Source of the DNA: Clostridiales bacterium
GTDB taxonomy: Bacteria > Bacillota > Clostridia > Oscillospirales > Acutalibacteraceae
Assembly: GCA_021202245.1 (NCBI GenBank)
Contig: JAJQDK010000010.1
Span: 1-47,886, forward strand
Direction: 5' to 3'
DNA: 47,886 nt
Shown: piece after piece, positions 1 through 8,580 of the stretch
Numbering within the stretch: position 1 is the stretch's first letter
Layout: each line of letters starts with the position of its first letter
The notes under the pieces: generated by a model
The model's database searches: none
Told to the model about the DNA's origin: nothing
The model's input: only the letters and a program-made list of their open reading frames with translations
Position numbers and translations under genes: made by a program

Positions 1-53
1 AATGATGAATGGCACCCGCCGCCTTAGTGGCGGGGGACATCTTTGCATAAGTT
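1..53 (+). repeat. 3' part of the long (~168 bp) composite hairpin element, cut by the window edge
   Basis: Near-identical to 6335-6387 and 12534-12586 (aatgat.aatg.cacccgccgccttag.ggcgggggacatcttt.cataagt). Confidence 0.9.
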
Positions 54-269
54 ATTACTGTAAATAATTATGACAAGTATCAGCTCCTGACAAACACTCT
101 GACAGCCGACTGACAAACAACTGACAAACAACCGACAATCGACCGACAACAATCAAAGAAAGTAAAGAATATAAAGAATGTTAAGAATGAAAAGAATAAT
201 ATATATACGTCAGCTTCCGCTGACAGGTGTGCGCCCTTTGGTTATCAGGATGTGATTAAATTCATTTAA
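51..269 (+). pseudogene. Fragment of a phage replisome-organiser/replication-initiator gene with internal origin iterons
   Basis: One frame reads VITVNNYDKYQ...*QTTDKQPTIDRQQSKKVKNIKNVKNEKNNIY..., with an in-frame TGA at 111-113 and no start codon. ITVxNYDKYQ and KNVKNEKN are recognised from memory as Firmicute phage initiator motifs. Confidence 0.65.
87..199 (+). repeat. Iteron-like direct repeats followed by an A-rich 9-bp tandem
   Basis: CYGACA cores at 87, 99, 110, 121, 132 and 143 (11-12 bp period), then (a/t)aagaa(t)nn units at about 155-199. Confidence 0.75.
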
Positions 270-375
270 TAATTATTTAAAATTCGGCGGATAAAAGTCA
301 AGCCGAATAAAGCATATAGCTTCACCCGGCTTTTTGGATTTGTATTTATTTATGCCCTAACCTATGTGTTATTTT

Positions 376-425
376 AACTCGGAGCTAAGCCCGATGTAAG
401 CTCGCTTAAGATTGGAAAATAGGTT
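376..425 (+). repeat. 50-bp short-form hairpin element (type S)
   Basis: aactcggagctaagcccgatgtaagctcgcttaagattggaaaataggtt; homologous to 6556-6604 (reverse), 25330-25379 and 28333-28382. Confidence 0.9.
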
Positions 426-442
426 ATTTTTTACGGGCAATC

Positions 443-484
443 AAAAACGCAGCACCGAGGAAATTACCTATCTGCGCTGCGTTT
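443..484 (-). terminator. Intrinsic terminator of glgB
   Basis: AAACGCAGC...GCTGCGTTT stem with a U-tract on the minus strand, just after the glgB stop. Confidence 0.65.
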
Positions 485-498
485 GCTTCTGTTTGATT

Positions 499-2607
499 TT
501 ATAACCTATTCGCCACTTTGCTCCGAGTTGAATCAGCCGTTAAGCTGTTTTTTTCTGTGCTTTCGGACTCTGCTTCCGTTTCCGCCGGAGCCGTGTCGGC
601 ATCCTCTGCGGCAACCTTCTCGGCAGCCTTTTCGTCCTTCAGCTTCTTTAGAGCCTCTTTCTTTTTCTCCGTCATCTTGGAGGTTGATTTCTTTCTGACG
701 GGAACGGGCAAAGCCTCCTTGAGCCTTAAATACATTACACCGAGGGGCGGAAGCGTGAGCTTAATCGAATACGGCAGCTCGTGATCCTTGACCTTTTTGC
801 TCTTGATGCTGTCGCCGTTGGTAACTCCGCAGCCGCCGAATTCCTCGCTTTCGGAATTAAACACTTCCTCATAAATTCCGTAAACGGGAACGCCGATTGT
901 ATAATCGTCACGCTGAACGGGCTGGAAGTTGCAGACGCAGATTATTTCACTGCCGTCCTCGGCAATTCTGCGGAAAGCGATAACGCTCTTTTGGTAGTCG
1001 TCAAGAGCTATCCATTGGAAGCCGTCCCAGTCGTAGTCGTTCTCATGCATGGCAGGTACGTCACGGTAGAATTTGTTTACCTCGGCAAAAAAGTGATTAA
1101 GCTGACGGTGCTTTTCATAATCAAGCAAATTCCACTCAAGCTGTGATTCGGCGTTCCATTCGTCGAACTGACCGATTTCACTGCCCATAAACATCAGCTT
1201 TTTGCCCGGATGAGCCATCATATAGGCAACAAAGCCTCTCACGCCGGCAAACTTTTGGTCGTAATCGCCCGGCATTTTATTTATAAGAGAGCCCTTGCCG
1301 TATACTGCCTCATCGTGTGAGATAGGCAGCATAAAGTTTTCGGAAAAGGCATAAACCATACTGAAGGTGAGCGTGTCGTGATGATAATTTCTCCACAGCG
1401 GGTCGAGCGAAATGTACGACAGCATATCGTTCATCCAGCCCATATTCCACTTGTAGTCAAAGCCGAGTCCCATATCCTTGATGGGATAACGTGTTACGTT
1501 GGGCCAAGCCGTGCTTTCCTCGGCAATCATCAAAGCCTCGGGGTGGAACATATGGACTACGGAATTGAGCTTCTGCAAAAAGTCAACGGCAACAAGGTTT
1601 TCTCTTCCGCCGTAGGCATTGGGCAGCCATTCGCCGTCCTTGCGGTTGTAGTCAAGATAAAGCATTGAAGCCACCGCATCAACACGGATGCCGTCAATAT
1701 GGTACATATCAAGCCAGAACATAGCAGAGGAAATCAAGAAGCTTGTGACCTCATAGCGGCCGTAATTAAATATATACGTGCCCCATTCCTTATGCTCGCC
1801 TATGCGGTAATCCTCATATTCATAGCAGCCGGTGCCGTCAAAGCGCGCCAGACCGTGGGCATCCTTGGGAAAATGAGCGGGAACCCAGTCCAGAATAACG
1901 CCTATTCCCTCTTCGTGGCACCTGTCGATAAAATACATCAGGTCCTTCGGCTCTCCGTAGCGTGAGGTTGCGGCAAAATAGCCGGTAACCTGATAGCCCC
2001 AGCTTCCGTCAAAGGGGAACTCGGTAAGAGGCATAAACTCAATGTGAGTGTAGCCCATTTCCTTTACATAGGGAATCAGCTCCTCGGCAAGCTTTCCGTA
2101 GCTGAAGGTGTTGCCGTCCTCATATTTGCGCCAAGAGCCTGCATTCATCTCATAAACATTTATAGGCTGCTTTGAGTGCGGATGCTCTTCTTTATATTTG
2201 TACCACGCCTCGTCGTGCCACTCATATCCGTTAATCTCATAAACACGGGAAGCGTTTTCGGGACGAGTTTGGCAATGAAAGGCATAGGGATCGGTTTTGA
2301 ACTGCCTTTGCGACCAGGGAGTTTCAACACAATATTTATAGCAGGCAAATTCCTGCACGCCCTCTATAAACAGCTCCCAAACTCCCGACTCGGAAATGCG
2401 GTACATAAAGTTTGCATCGCTGCCCCAGTTATTAACGTCGCCTACAACCGACACGCTCAAAGCGATGGGCGCCCATACTCTGAACACTACGCCGTTGCGG
2501 TTGTCCCAATTCACAAAATGCGAGCCTAAAAATTCATACGCATTGACAGACTCTCCCGCTAAGAATCGGTCAAGCGGCGGTCTTTCGTCATTTAATTTAT
2601 AAGCCAT
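499..2607 (-). CDS. glgB: 1,4-alpha-glucan branching enzyme (GH13_9) with a K/E/A-rich C-terminal tail
   Basis: FRVWAP, SWGYQ, DWVPAHFP, DGIRVDAVASM, AEEST, WNMGWM and SHDE motifs; start moved to ATG 2607 (RBS AGAGGG). Confidence 0.95.
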   Translation of the reverse strand: MAYKLNDERPPLDRFLAGESVNAYEFLGSHFVNWDNRNGVVFRVWAPIALSVSVVGDVNNWGSDANFMYRISESGVWELFIEGVQEFACYKYCVETPWSQRQFKTDPYAFHCQTRPENASRVYEINGYEWHDEAWYKYKEEHPHSKQPINVYEMNAGSWRKYEDGNTFSYGKLAEELIPYVKEMGYTHIEFMPLTEFPFDGSWGYQVTGYFAATSRYGEPKDLMYFIDRCHEEGIGVILDWVPAHFPKDAHGLARFDGTGCYEYEDYRIGEHKEWGTYIFNYGRYEVTSFLISSAMFWLDMYHIDGIRVDAVASMLYLDYNRKDGEWLPNAYGGRENLVAVDFLQKLNSVVHMFHPEALMIAEESTAWPNVTRYPIKDMGLGFDYKWNMGWMNDMLSYISLDPLWRNYHHDTLTFSMVYAFSENFMLPISHDEAVYGKGSLINKMPGDYDQKFAGVRGFVAYMMAHPGKKLMFMGSEIGQFDEWNAESQLEWNLLDYEKHRQLNHFFAEVNKFYRDVPAMHENDYDWDGFQWIALDDYQKSVIAFRRIAEDGSEIICVCNFQPVQRDDYTIGVPVYGIYEEVFNSESEEFGGCGVTNGDSIKSKKVKDHELPYSIKLTLPPLGVMYLRLKEALPVPVRKKSTSKMTEKKKEALKKLKDEKAAEKVAAEDADTAPAETEAESESTEKNSLTADSTRSKVANRL
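503..529 (-). repeat. Collapsed 27-bp mini copy of the element inside the last codons of glgB
   Basis: Minus strand AACTCGGAGCAAAG-TGGCG-AATAGGTT joins both ends of the type S element; encodes STRSKVANRL. Confidence 0.8.
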
Positions 2608-2678
2608 AAAAACCCTCTTTTCTAAAATGGTTGATATTACATTCAGTAAAAGCAAAGAATACAATTCAGCTTTTACTC

Positions 2679-2707
2679 ATTATAATATATTTTAAACAAA
2701 TATGCAA
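2679..2707 (-). promoter_or_regulatory. Sigma-A promoter of glgB
   Basis: TTGCAT-17bp-TATAAT on the minus strand. Confidence 0.6.
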
Positions 2708-2823
2708 GAGGTAAAATGGAATTTTCTGTAAAAAATTCAAGCAATCGTATTTAAGCATCATATGTATCGGATGAATTTACGCCTGTTTTTGAGCATATCC
2801 CCGAATATTTTTCAAACTTATTT

Positions 2824-2879
2824 AACCTAAGCAGCAAAAGCCCCCGCCTCTAAAAGCGGGGAGCATCGGCGAATAGGTT
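2824..2879. repeat. Hairpin element with TAACCTA...TAGGTTA termini, overlapping the tmcAL stop codon
   Basis: 7-bp terminal inverted repeat; internal ccccgc/gcgggg stem; right end ggcgaataggtt shared with 503-529. Confidence 0.75.
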
Positions 2880-4035
2880 ACCGGGTATTGGTCTGTGCAG
2901 CCGTACGTTTTATCTGCTCAGTGTAATCCTCTCCGCTCCTGCGTATTTTTCCGTATGCAAGAGCGGCAACATCCGTGGAATAAATATCCTTTTGCAGCAG
3001 CTCGGCAACGCTTCCGCCGAGCTTAAGCCCCTTGCTTGCTGAGGTCACCACGTTAAATTCACAGCTTTTCAGCAATGACGCTCCGTCCGAATTAAAGCCC
3101 AGCACCCTTACATATTCCACGGGCGTGCTTTGCAGCTCCTCTGTAATTTCAAGCAGCGCACAGCAGAGTATCCGCCTTATTCTTGCGTGAGTGTAGCGCT
3201 TGGTTTTTACGGCTGATATTATTTCTTCTGCGGAATTATATTGGCTTACCGCAGCGACAATTCTGTTTTCCAGTCCCTCGTTCACATCGGGAAGTCTGCG
3301 GAAATCCTCCGCAGTCATACTTCTCAGCCTGTACAGCAAAACCCTCTCAAGATTTTCAGGATAGGCAATGCTTTCAGGAACGCAGGGAACAAAGCTCTTG
3401 AACTCCGCATTTTTACGCATAAGCTCTCTGATGTAGGAAGCCGAAGCAATATTTCCGCTTGCGCTGCGGCTATCGTGAGCCGCTCCCCTGCGCTCAATCG
3501 CAAGCGGCTTTATCGAAGAATTTTCAATGCTTCTGAGGTATTCAACCGCAAGAATATTATTCGGAGCGGTGAGAACATCGGCAACCTCGTCCCCCAGCAC
3601 CTGTCTGACGGCGCTCTCAAGCGCGCGGGGATAATAGCCTCCGCCTTTCATCTCGGTATTTATCAGCTTCTGCACCTCGGAATTTTTCGTTGACTGCGCC
3701 GCCCTGCTCAACAGAGCGACGTCCTGAGTTTCACATCCGAACGCAAGGTGATTCACGCATTTGAACGACTTTGCACTCTCCGCACCGCAGCGGGCAAATC
3801 GCTGCGCGTTTGAAAGCGCATAAACGGCAGGCAGCTCCGCCACGAGGTCGGCTCCGTTTTGCAGCGCTGCTTCCGCCCTTGAAAACTTATCGGTAATTGC
3901 AGCCTCGCCCCGCTGGGTAAAGCTTCCGCTCATTATTGCAATCACGGGCTCACCGGTAATCTCCTTGGTCTTTTCAAGAAGATATTTATGCCCGTTATGA
4001 AACGGATTAAATTCACATATGACGGCTGTCGCCAT
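2878..4035 (-). CDS. tmcAL: tRNA(Met) cytidine acetate ligase (HIGH nucleotidyltransferase, YlbM family)
   Basis: EFNPFHNGH, MSGSFTQRGE, PNNILAVEY, ASASYIR and KTKRYT motifs. Confidence 0.9.
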   Translation of the reverse strand: MATAVICEFNPFHNGHKYLLEKTKEITGEPVIAIMSGSFTQRGEAAITDKFSRAEAALQNGADLVAELPAVYALSNAQRFARCGAESAKSFKCVNHLAFGCETQDVALLSRAAQSTKNSEVQKLINTEMKGGGYYPRALESAVRQVLGDEVADVLTAPNNILAVEYLRSIENSSIKPLAIERRGAAHDSRSASGNIASASYIRELMRKNAEFKSFVPCVPESIAYPENLERVLLYRLRSMTAEDFRRLPDVNEGLENRIVAAVSQYNSAEEIISAVKTKRYTHARIRRILCCALLEITEELQSTPVEYVRVLGFNSDGASLLKSCEFNVVTSASKGLKLGGSVAELLQKDIYSTDVAALAYGKIRRSGEDYTEQIKRTAAQTNTR

Positions 4036-4148
4036 AAAAAACGCCTCCCGTTTAAAAAAGCTCTTGAAAATATACAGCTTTTGGAGTATGATAATATTGT
4101 ATTATTTGTATATAGTAAACAATAAATTATTGAAGGGAATGACAACAA

Positions 4149-5357
4149 ATGAAAATTCTTGTTATCAACGCAGGCAGCTCTTCGCTCAAATATCAGTTTA
4201 TTGATATGAATGATGAAAAGGTGCTGGCAAAGGGTAATTGCGAAAGAATAGGAACGGACGGAGCATTTATCGGATTTAAAACAAAAAGCGGTGAAAAAAT
4301 CGAGAGAAAAAGACAAATGCTCAACCACACACAGGCGTTTGAGGCTGTTAAGGAGGCTCTGCTCGACCCGAACTACGGGGCAGTAAAGGAGCTTACCGAG
4401 GTTTCCGCCATAGGTCACAGGGTGGTTCAGGGCGGCTCGTACTTTGATAAGTCGGTGCTTATAAACAACCACGTAATCAACCGCATCAACGAGTATTCAA
4501 GCCTTGCCCCTCTGCACAGCCCGGCAAACATTCAGGGCATTGAGGCTTGCTCAAAGGTATTCGGCACCAAGGTTCCGCAGGTTGCTGTTTTTGACACCGC
4601 CTTTCATCAGACGATGCCCGAAAAGGCTTATATGTACGCAATTCCTTACAAATATTATGAAAAGTTCGGTGTTCGCAAGTACGGCGCCCACGGCACCTCG
4701 CACCGCTATGTTACCGACAAAATGGCTGAGCTTATGGGCAAAAAGAAGGAAGAGCTTAAGCTCATCACCTGCCATATAGGCAACGGCTCCTCGATTACGG
4801 CAGTAAAAAATGGCAATGTAATCGACACCTCAATGGGCCTTACACCGCTCGGCGGATTTATGATGGGCACACGCTCCGGCTCTCTTGACCCCTCGGTTGT
4901 TACCTTTATCGCCGAAAAGGAGCATCTTACTCCCGATGAGCTTTCACGTATTCTCAACAAGGAATCGGGACTGCTCGGTGTTTCGGGAATTTCCTCCGAC
5001 GACCGTGACGTTTCCGAAGCCGAAGCCAACGGAAATCTGCGCGCCCATCTTGCGCACGAGATGCTGTACTATCAGATTGCGCAGTACATAGGCTCATATT
5101 ATGTAACGCTCGGTGGCTGCGACGGCATTGTTTTCACGGCAGGCCTCGGCGAAAATCAACCGCAGCTGCGTGAAAAGGTGTGTGAGTATCTCTCCTGTCT
5201 CGGCGTTGAGATTGACAAGGAATTCAATGCAAAAGCCCGTGTAGGCGTTACGGGAACAATCTCTACTCCCGAATCCAAAATCCGTGTTGAGGTAATTGCA
5301 ACCGATGAGGAAATGGTAATTGCAAGAGATACAAAGGCAATCGTAGAATCGCTTTAA
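4149..5357 (+). CDS. ackA: Acetate kinase
   Basis: VINAGSSSLK, GHRVV, APLH, FDTAFH, GTRSG and FTAGLGEN motifs. Confidence 0.97.
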   Translation: MKILVINAGSSSLKYQFIDMNDEKVLAKGNCERIGTDGAFIGFKTKSGEKIERKRQMLNHTQAFEAVKEALLDPNYGAVKELTEVSAIGHRVVQGGSYFDKSVLINNHVINRINEYSSLAPLHSPANIQGIEACSKVFGTKVPQVAVFDTAFHQTMPEKAYMYAIPYKYYEKFGVRKYGAHGTSHRYVTDKMAELMGKKKEELKLITCHIGNGSSITAVKNGNVIDTSMGLTPLGGFMMGTRSGSLDPSVVTFIAEKEHLTPDELSRILNKESGLLGVSGISSDDRDVSEAEANGNLRAHLAHEMLYYQIAQYIGSYYVTLGGCDGIVFTAGLGENQPQLREKVCEYLSCLGVEIDKEFNAKARVGVTGTISTPESKIRVEVIATDEEMVIARDTKAIVESL

Positions 5358-5381
5358 TAGCTTTGAGCTTTAATATTTTAC

Positions 5382-5434
5382 AAAAACGGGACTGTCCTAA
5401 ACGATATACGGTCGTTTGGGGCAGTCCCTTGTTT
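5382..5434. terminator. Bidirectional terminator between ackA and the DUF378 gene
   Basis: GGGACTGTCCTAAACGA/TCGTTTGGGGCAGTCCC stem with flanking A and T tracts. Confidence 0.7.
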
Positions 5435-5664
5435 CAGGCGCTGTGATGAGTTACTGCATCGTCAGAAGAAGCCTCGTTCGTATTCCTGAACAGGAGCGAA
5501 ATGCACCATATTGCGGCAAGACCGACGATGATATAAATTATTCTGCTCACAATTCCCGTTTGCCCGCCACAGAGCCACGCCACAAGGTCAAACTGAAAAA
5601 TTCCGATACAGCCCCAATTAAGACCTCCGATAATAAGAAGCGTCAACGCTGTTTTATCAAGCAT
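5434..5664 (-). CDS. DUF378 small membrane protein
   Basis: LLIIGGLNWG...FDLV...RIIYIIVGLAA signature; RBS AGGAGG. Confidence 0.85.
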   Translation of the reverse strand: MLDKTALTLLIIGGLNWGCIGIFQFDLVAWLCGGQTGIVSRIIYIIVGLAAIWCISLLFRNTNEASSDDAVTHHSA

Positions 5665-5732
5665 TCAAAGTCCTCCTTTGTATTTGCTGTTAATATTGTT
5701 GACGCATAAAGCCGAATTATTCATTTGTTTTG

Positions 5733-5782
5733 AACAGAGCCGAGCGGATTTGTCCGCATAGCTCCGTCCGACGGCTTAGGTT
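5733..5782. repeat. 50-bp hairpin element (AAC...TAGGTT) overlapping the stop codon of the downstream-facing gene
   Basis: AAC-AG-AGCCG...CGGCT-TAG-GTT imperfect palindrome; minus strand begins TAACCTAAGC, as at 2823. Confidence 0.65.
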
Positions 5783-6158
5783 AAAAGAACAAAAGCATAA
5801 ATGCCGCCAACGCAATGCCGAAAGCGATGACAATCGCTCCGAAAATTCTCGTCCTTTTTATTGCGTTCTTCAGCTTGTATTTTGAAATCATATTTTCAGT
5901 CGGAAACGGCAGTATAAGAATCATAAGTCCCAAAATCAGGCAGCTGAGGGTTGAAATTGCCGCTCCGGCGGTTCTTGAAAACGAAAACAAAAAGATGCCG
6001 ACAGGTATGCCGAAAACGCAAATCATATTGATGACTGAAAAAAATCTTCCGAGCTTTTCGTTAAGCTCATAAAATTTATTTGCCTTTAGGTGGCAGTCAT
6101 CGCTGCAATACTGCTCAAAATATGTAATTTCCTTGGCACAGTATTCACATTTTTTCAT
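5781..6158 (-). CDS. Membrane protein with an N-terminal Zn-ribbon (DUF2116-like)
   Basis: CEYC-x10-CSDDC followed by three hydrophobic helices; ATG 6158 preferred to TTG 6167. Confidence 0.7.
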   Translation of the reverse strand: MKKCEYCAKEITYFEQYCSDDCHLKANKFYELNEKLGRFFSVINMICVFGIPVGIFLFSFSRTAGAAISTLSCLILGLMILILPFPTENMISKYKLKNAIKRTRIFGAIVIAFGIALAAFMLLFF

Positions 6159-6219
6159 CTGCAACAAAACCTTTCACTAAACCGTTGATAAATTATTTTC
6201 AGTATTTTTGATACGTTTT

Positions 6220-6387
6220 AAATCGGAGCAACGCTCTGTCAAGCTCGCTTGAAGCAGAGTTTGCGATAGGTTGCAGCTTGCAAAGGGAGCGTTAGCTTCT
6301 CAGTGTTTCAGCGGGAGATTACAACTCCCTCTGAAATGATAAATGGCACCCGCCGCCTTAGTGGCGGGGGACATCTTTACATAAGTT
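6220..6387 (+). repeat. Long composite hairpin element (unit A 6220-6272 + unit B 6275-6387)
   Basis: Full copy also at 12416-12586, partial copies at both window edges; multiple GC-rich stems; TA-flanked. Confidence 0.9.
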
Positions 6388-6416
6388 ATTTTAACACAAA
6401 CAGCATAGCTTTTCAA
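6388..6416 (-). promoter_or_regulatory. Sigma-A promoter directly abutting the element and reading into it
   Basis: TTGAAA-17bp-TAAAAT with a TGn extension on the minus strand. Confidence 0.55.
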
Positions 6417-6555
6417 CAAAAGCTGGATAAACATTTCGGCAATTTTGACCCTATGTTTTTTTATTTGCACTCCGAAACATTGCAATTTTGCAATGAATCT
6501 GCTATCATTTTATCATAATACAGGCTTTTTTAATTAAAGAACCTGTCCTAAGTTT

Positions 6556-6604
6556 AACCTATTAGCCAATTTAAGCGAACATACATCGGGCTTTGCTCCG
6601 AGTT
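6556..6604 (-). repeat. Type S element (49 bp) upstream of the response regulator, preceded by the mini unit aacctgtcctaagtt (6540-6554)
   Basis: Reverse complement aactcggagcaaagcccgatgtatgttcgcttaaattggctaataggtt. Confidence 0.85.
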
Positions 6605-6629
6605 AAAACAACGGCACGGAGGTGCGGAT

Positions 6630-7313
6630 ATGAGATTGCTGCTTGTTGAAGATGAAAAAAGAATGTCACAGGCGCTTTGCGAGATTTTTAAGCTTGAAAA
6701 ATACGAGGTTGATTGCTTCGCCGACGGAATCAGCGGACTGAACGCACTTGAAAGCTGCATTTACGATGTCGCCGTTTTAGATGTTATGCTGCCCGGATTA
6801 AACGGCTATGAAATTGTAAAGCGTGCGAGAGCCCAACGTGTGCGCACACCGATTTTGATGCTCACCGCCAAAAGCGGACCGGATGACAAGGTCAACGGTC
6901 TTGACAGCGGCGCCGACGATTATCTTACAAAGCCCTTTATGACCAAGGAGCTTCTTGCACGGCTTCGTGCCCTTTGCCACAGAAACATAAACACTTCCGA
7001 CGGCAAGCTGACCTTCGGCGATATACAGCTTGATACAAGCAGCGCTATGCTTATCTGCACCGCAAACGGCCTGTCCGTCAGACTCAGTGAAAAAGAGCTG
7101 CATATTATGGAATATCTCATAGCAAATCAGGGACGGATTATGACGAAGGAACAGCTTGCAGTCAAAATATGGGGATTTGAAAGCGATGCCGAATACAACA
7201 AGGTTGAAGTTTACATGTCGTTTACAAGGAAAAAGCTTTCTTTTATAAAGGCTGAAACCGAAATAAAGGCAGTAAGAGGGATTGGCTACGAACTGAGGTG
7301 CAAGTATGTTTAA
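6630..7313 (+). CDS. OmpR/PhoB-family response regulator
   Basis: LLVEDE, DVMLPG, LTAK, GADDYLTKPF and winged-helix VRGIGY motifs; RBS GGAGGT. Confidence 0.93.
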   Translation: MRLLLVEDEKRMSQALCEIFKLEKYEVDCFADGISGLNALESCIYDVAVLDVMLPGLNGYEIVKRARAQRVRTPILMLTAKSGPDDKVNGLDSGADDYLTKPFMTKELLARLRALCHRNINTSDGKLTFGDIQLDTSSAMLICTANGLSVRLSEKELHIMEYLIANQGRIMTKEQLAVKIWGFESDAEYNKVEVYMSFTRKKLSFIKAETEIKAVRGIGYELRCKYV

Positions 7314-8577
7314 AAAGACAAGAATAAGAATTGTCGCCGTTATTATGCTCGTTTTAACCCTGATTTTTTTAGGAACTCTTGCAATTATTTACGCCTCAAG
7401 CTATTTAGAAACCGCAAACAGCAACAGCGAAAACGCAAAACGCTATGCTGCGCAGTATTCCCTTGACAACCAACCCGGCGAAGATTCTCACAAGCCCGAC
7501 AACAGCTCCGACTTGACGGCAACTGCTTCGGAGGCGCCCGGTCGGATTCCGAATAAAGAAACCCACTCCTTCCGGGTCACAACCTTTTACTCTGTCGCAG
7601 TTGACGACAACGGAAACGTCCTGGCTGTAGACGCCGGTCAATCGGAAATTTATGATGAAGCTACGCTTACAGCGTTTGCCGAAAGCGTTTTAAAAAGCGG
7701 CAAGGACGACGGAACAGACAAAGATTTAATATATTCCACATATGACAAGGACAACTACACTCTGGTAGTTTTTATGGACAACACTATAATAAGCGAAAGC
7801 TTTTCCACTCTTTTTCGTTATACGCTTATCTTCGGCAGCATTGCTCTCGTTTTGATTTTCTTTATCTCGGTATATCTGGCAAGATGTATAGTTAAACCGT
7901 TGGAAAAAAGCTATCAAGTGCAAAAGCAATTCATTTCCGATGCAGGTCACGAATTAAAAACGCCTGTTTCCGTTGTAAGTGCAAACTTAGAATTGCTTGA
8001 ACGGGAAATCGGAGAAAATCAGTGGCTTGATAATGTTAGATACGAAAACGAGCATATGGGCAAGCTTGTTGAACAGCTGTTGGAGCTTGCGCGCACGGAA
8101 AACGTGGCGGTTGCTTTTGAAGCTGTTGATTTCAGCCGATTGGTAAACGGCGAAGCCCTTACCCTTGAAAGCGTTGCCTTTGAAAAAGAAATCAAACTCA
8201 ACACCGATATCGGCGGCTCTGTATTTATTAACGGCAACGCCACACAGCTGAAGCAGCTCGTTACAATTTTGATAGACAACGCCCTTCAGCACAGCGCTGT
8301 CGGCAGTGAAATTTCAATCATCTTAAAGGAACAGCACGGAAACGTGAGATTGTCGGTCATCAATGACGGTGAAGAAATACCGGCAGAGCAAAGAGCCGCA
8401 CTGTTTGAGCGATTTTACAGAGCCGACGATGCAAGAAACGGCATTAACAGCGAAAAGCATTACGGGCTCGGACTTGCGATTGCAAAGGCTATTGTGACGG
8501 GGCACAAAGGAAAAATCAGCGTTTTATGTTATCGCGGCAAAATTGAATTTGAGGTTCTTTTTCCGATAAAAAAATAA
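7306..8577 (+). CDS. Membrane sensor histidine kinase
   Basis: Two TM helices; H-box DAGHELKTP, N-box ILIDNA, FERFYR and GLGLAI; overlaps the regulator stop. Confidence 0.93.
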   Translation: MFKKTRIRIVAVIMLVLTLIFLGTLAIIYASSYLETANSNSENAKRYAAQYSLDNQPGEDSHKPDNSSDLTATASEAPGRIPNKETHSFRVTTFYSVAVDDNGNVLAVDAGQSEIYDEATLTAFAESVLKSGKDDGTDKDLIYSTYDKDNYTLVVFMDNTIISESFSTLFRYTLIFGSIALVLIFFISVYLARCIVKPLEKSYQVQKQFISDAGHELKTPVSVVSANLELLEREIGENQWLDNVRYENEHMGKLVEQLLELARTENVAVAFEAVDFSRLVNGEALTLESVAFEKEIKLNTDIGGSVFINGNATQLKQLVTILIDNALQHSAVGSEISIILKEQHGNVRLSVINDGEEIPAEQRAALFERFYRADDARNGINSEKHYGLGLAIAKAIVTGHKGKISVLCYRGKIEFEVLFPIKK

Positions 8578-8580
8578 TTT

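Noticed and set aside
2878-5357. Divergent tmcAL-ackA pair as a novel acetate module
   Set aside because: A commonly seen clostridial neighbourhood, and TmcAL use of acetate is already established.
6300-6345. Hammerhead ribozyme suggested by CTGAAATGA / GAAAC
   Set aside because: The CUGANGA-stem II-GAAA-stem III-UH order could not be assembled on either strand.
6300-6518. ORFs MFQREIT... at 6303 and 12502 that look like a paralogous peptide pair
   Set aside because: Their similarity comes solely from the repeat element; GTG start inside a hairpin and unrelated C-termini.
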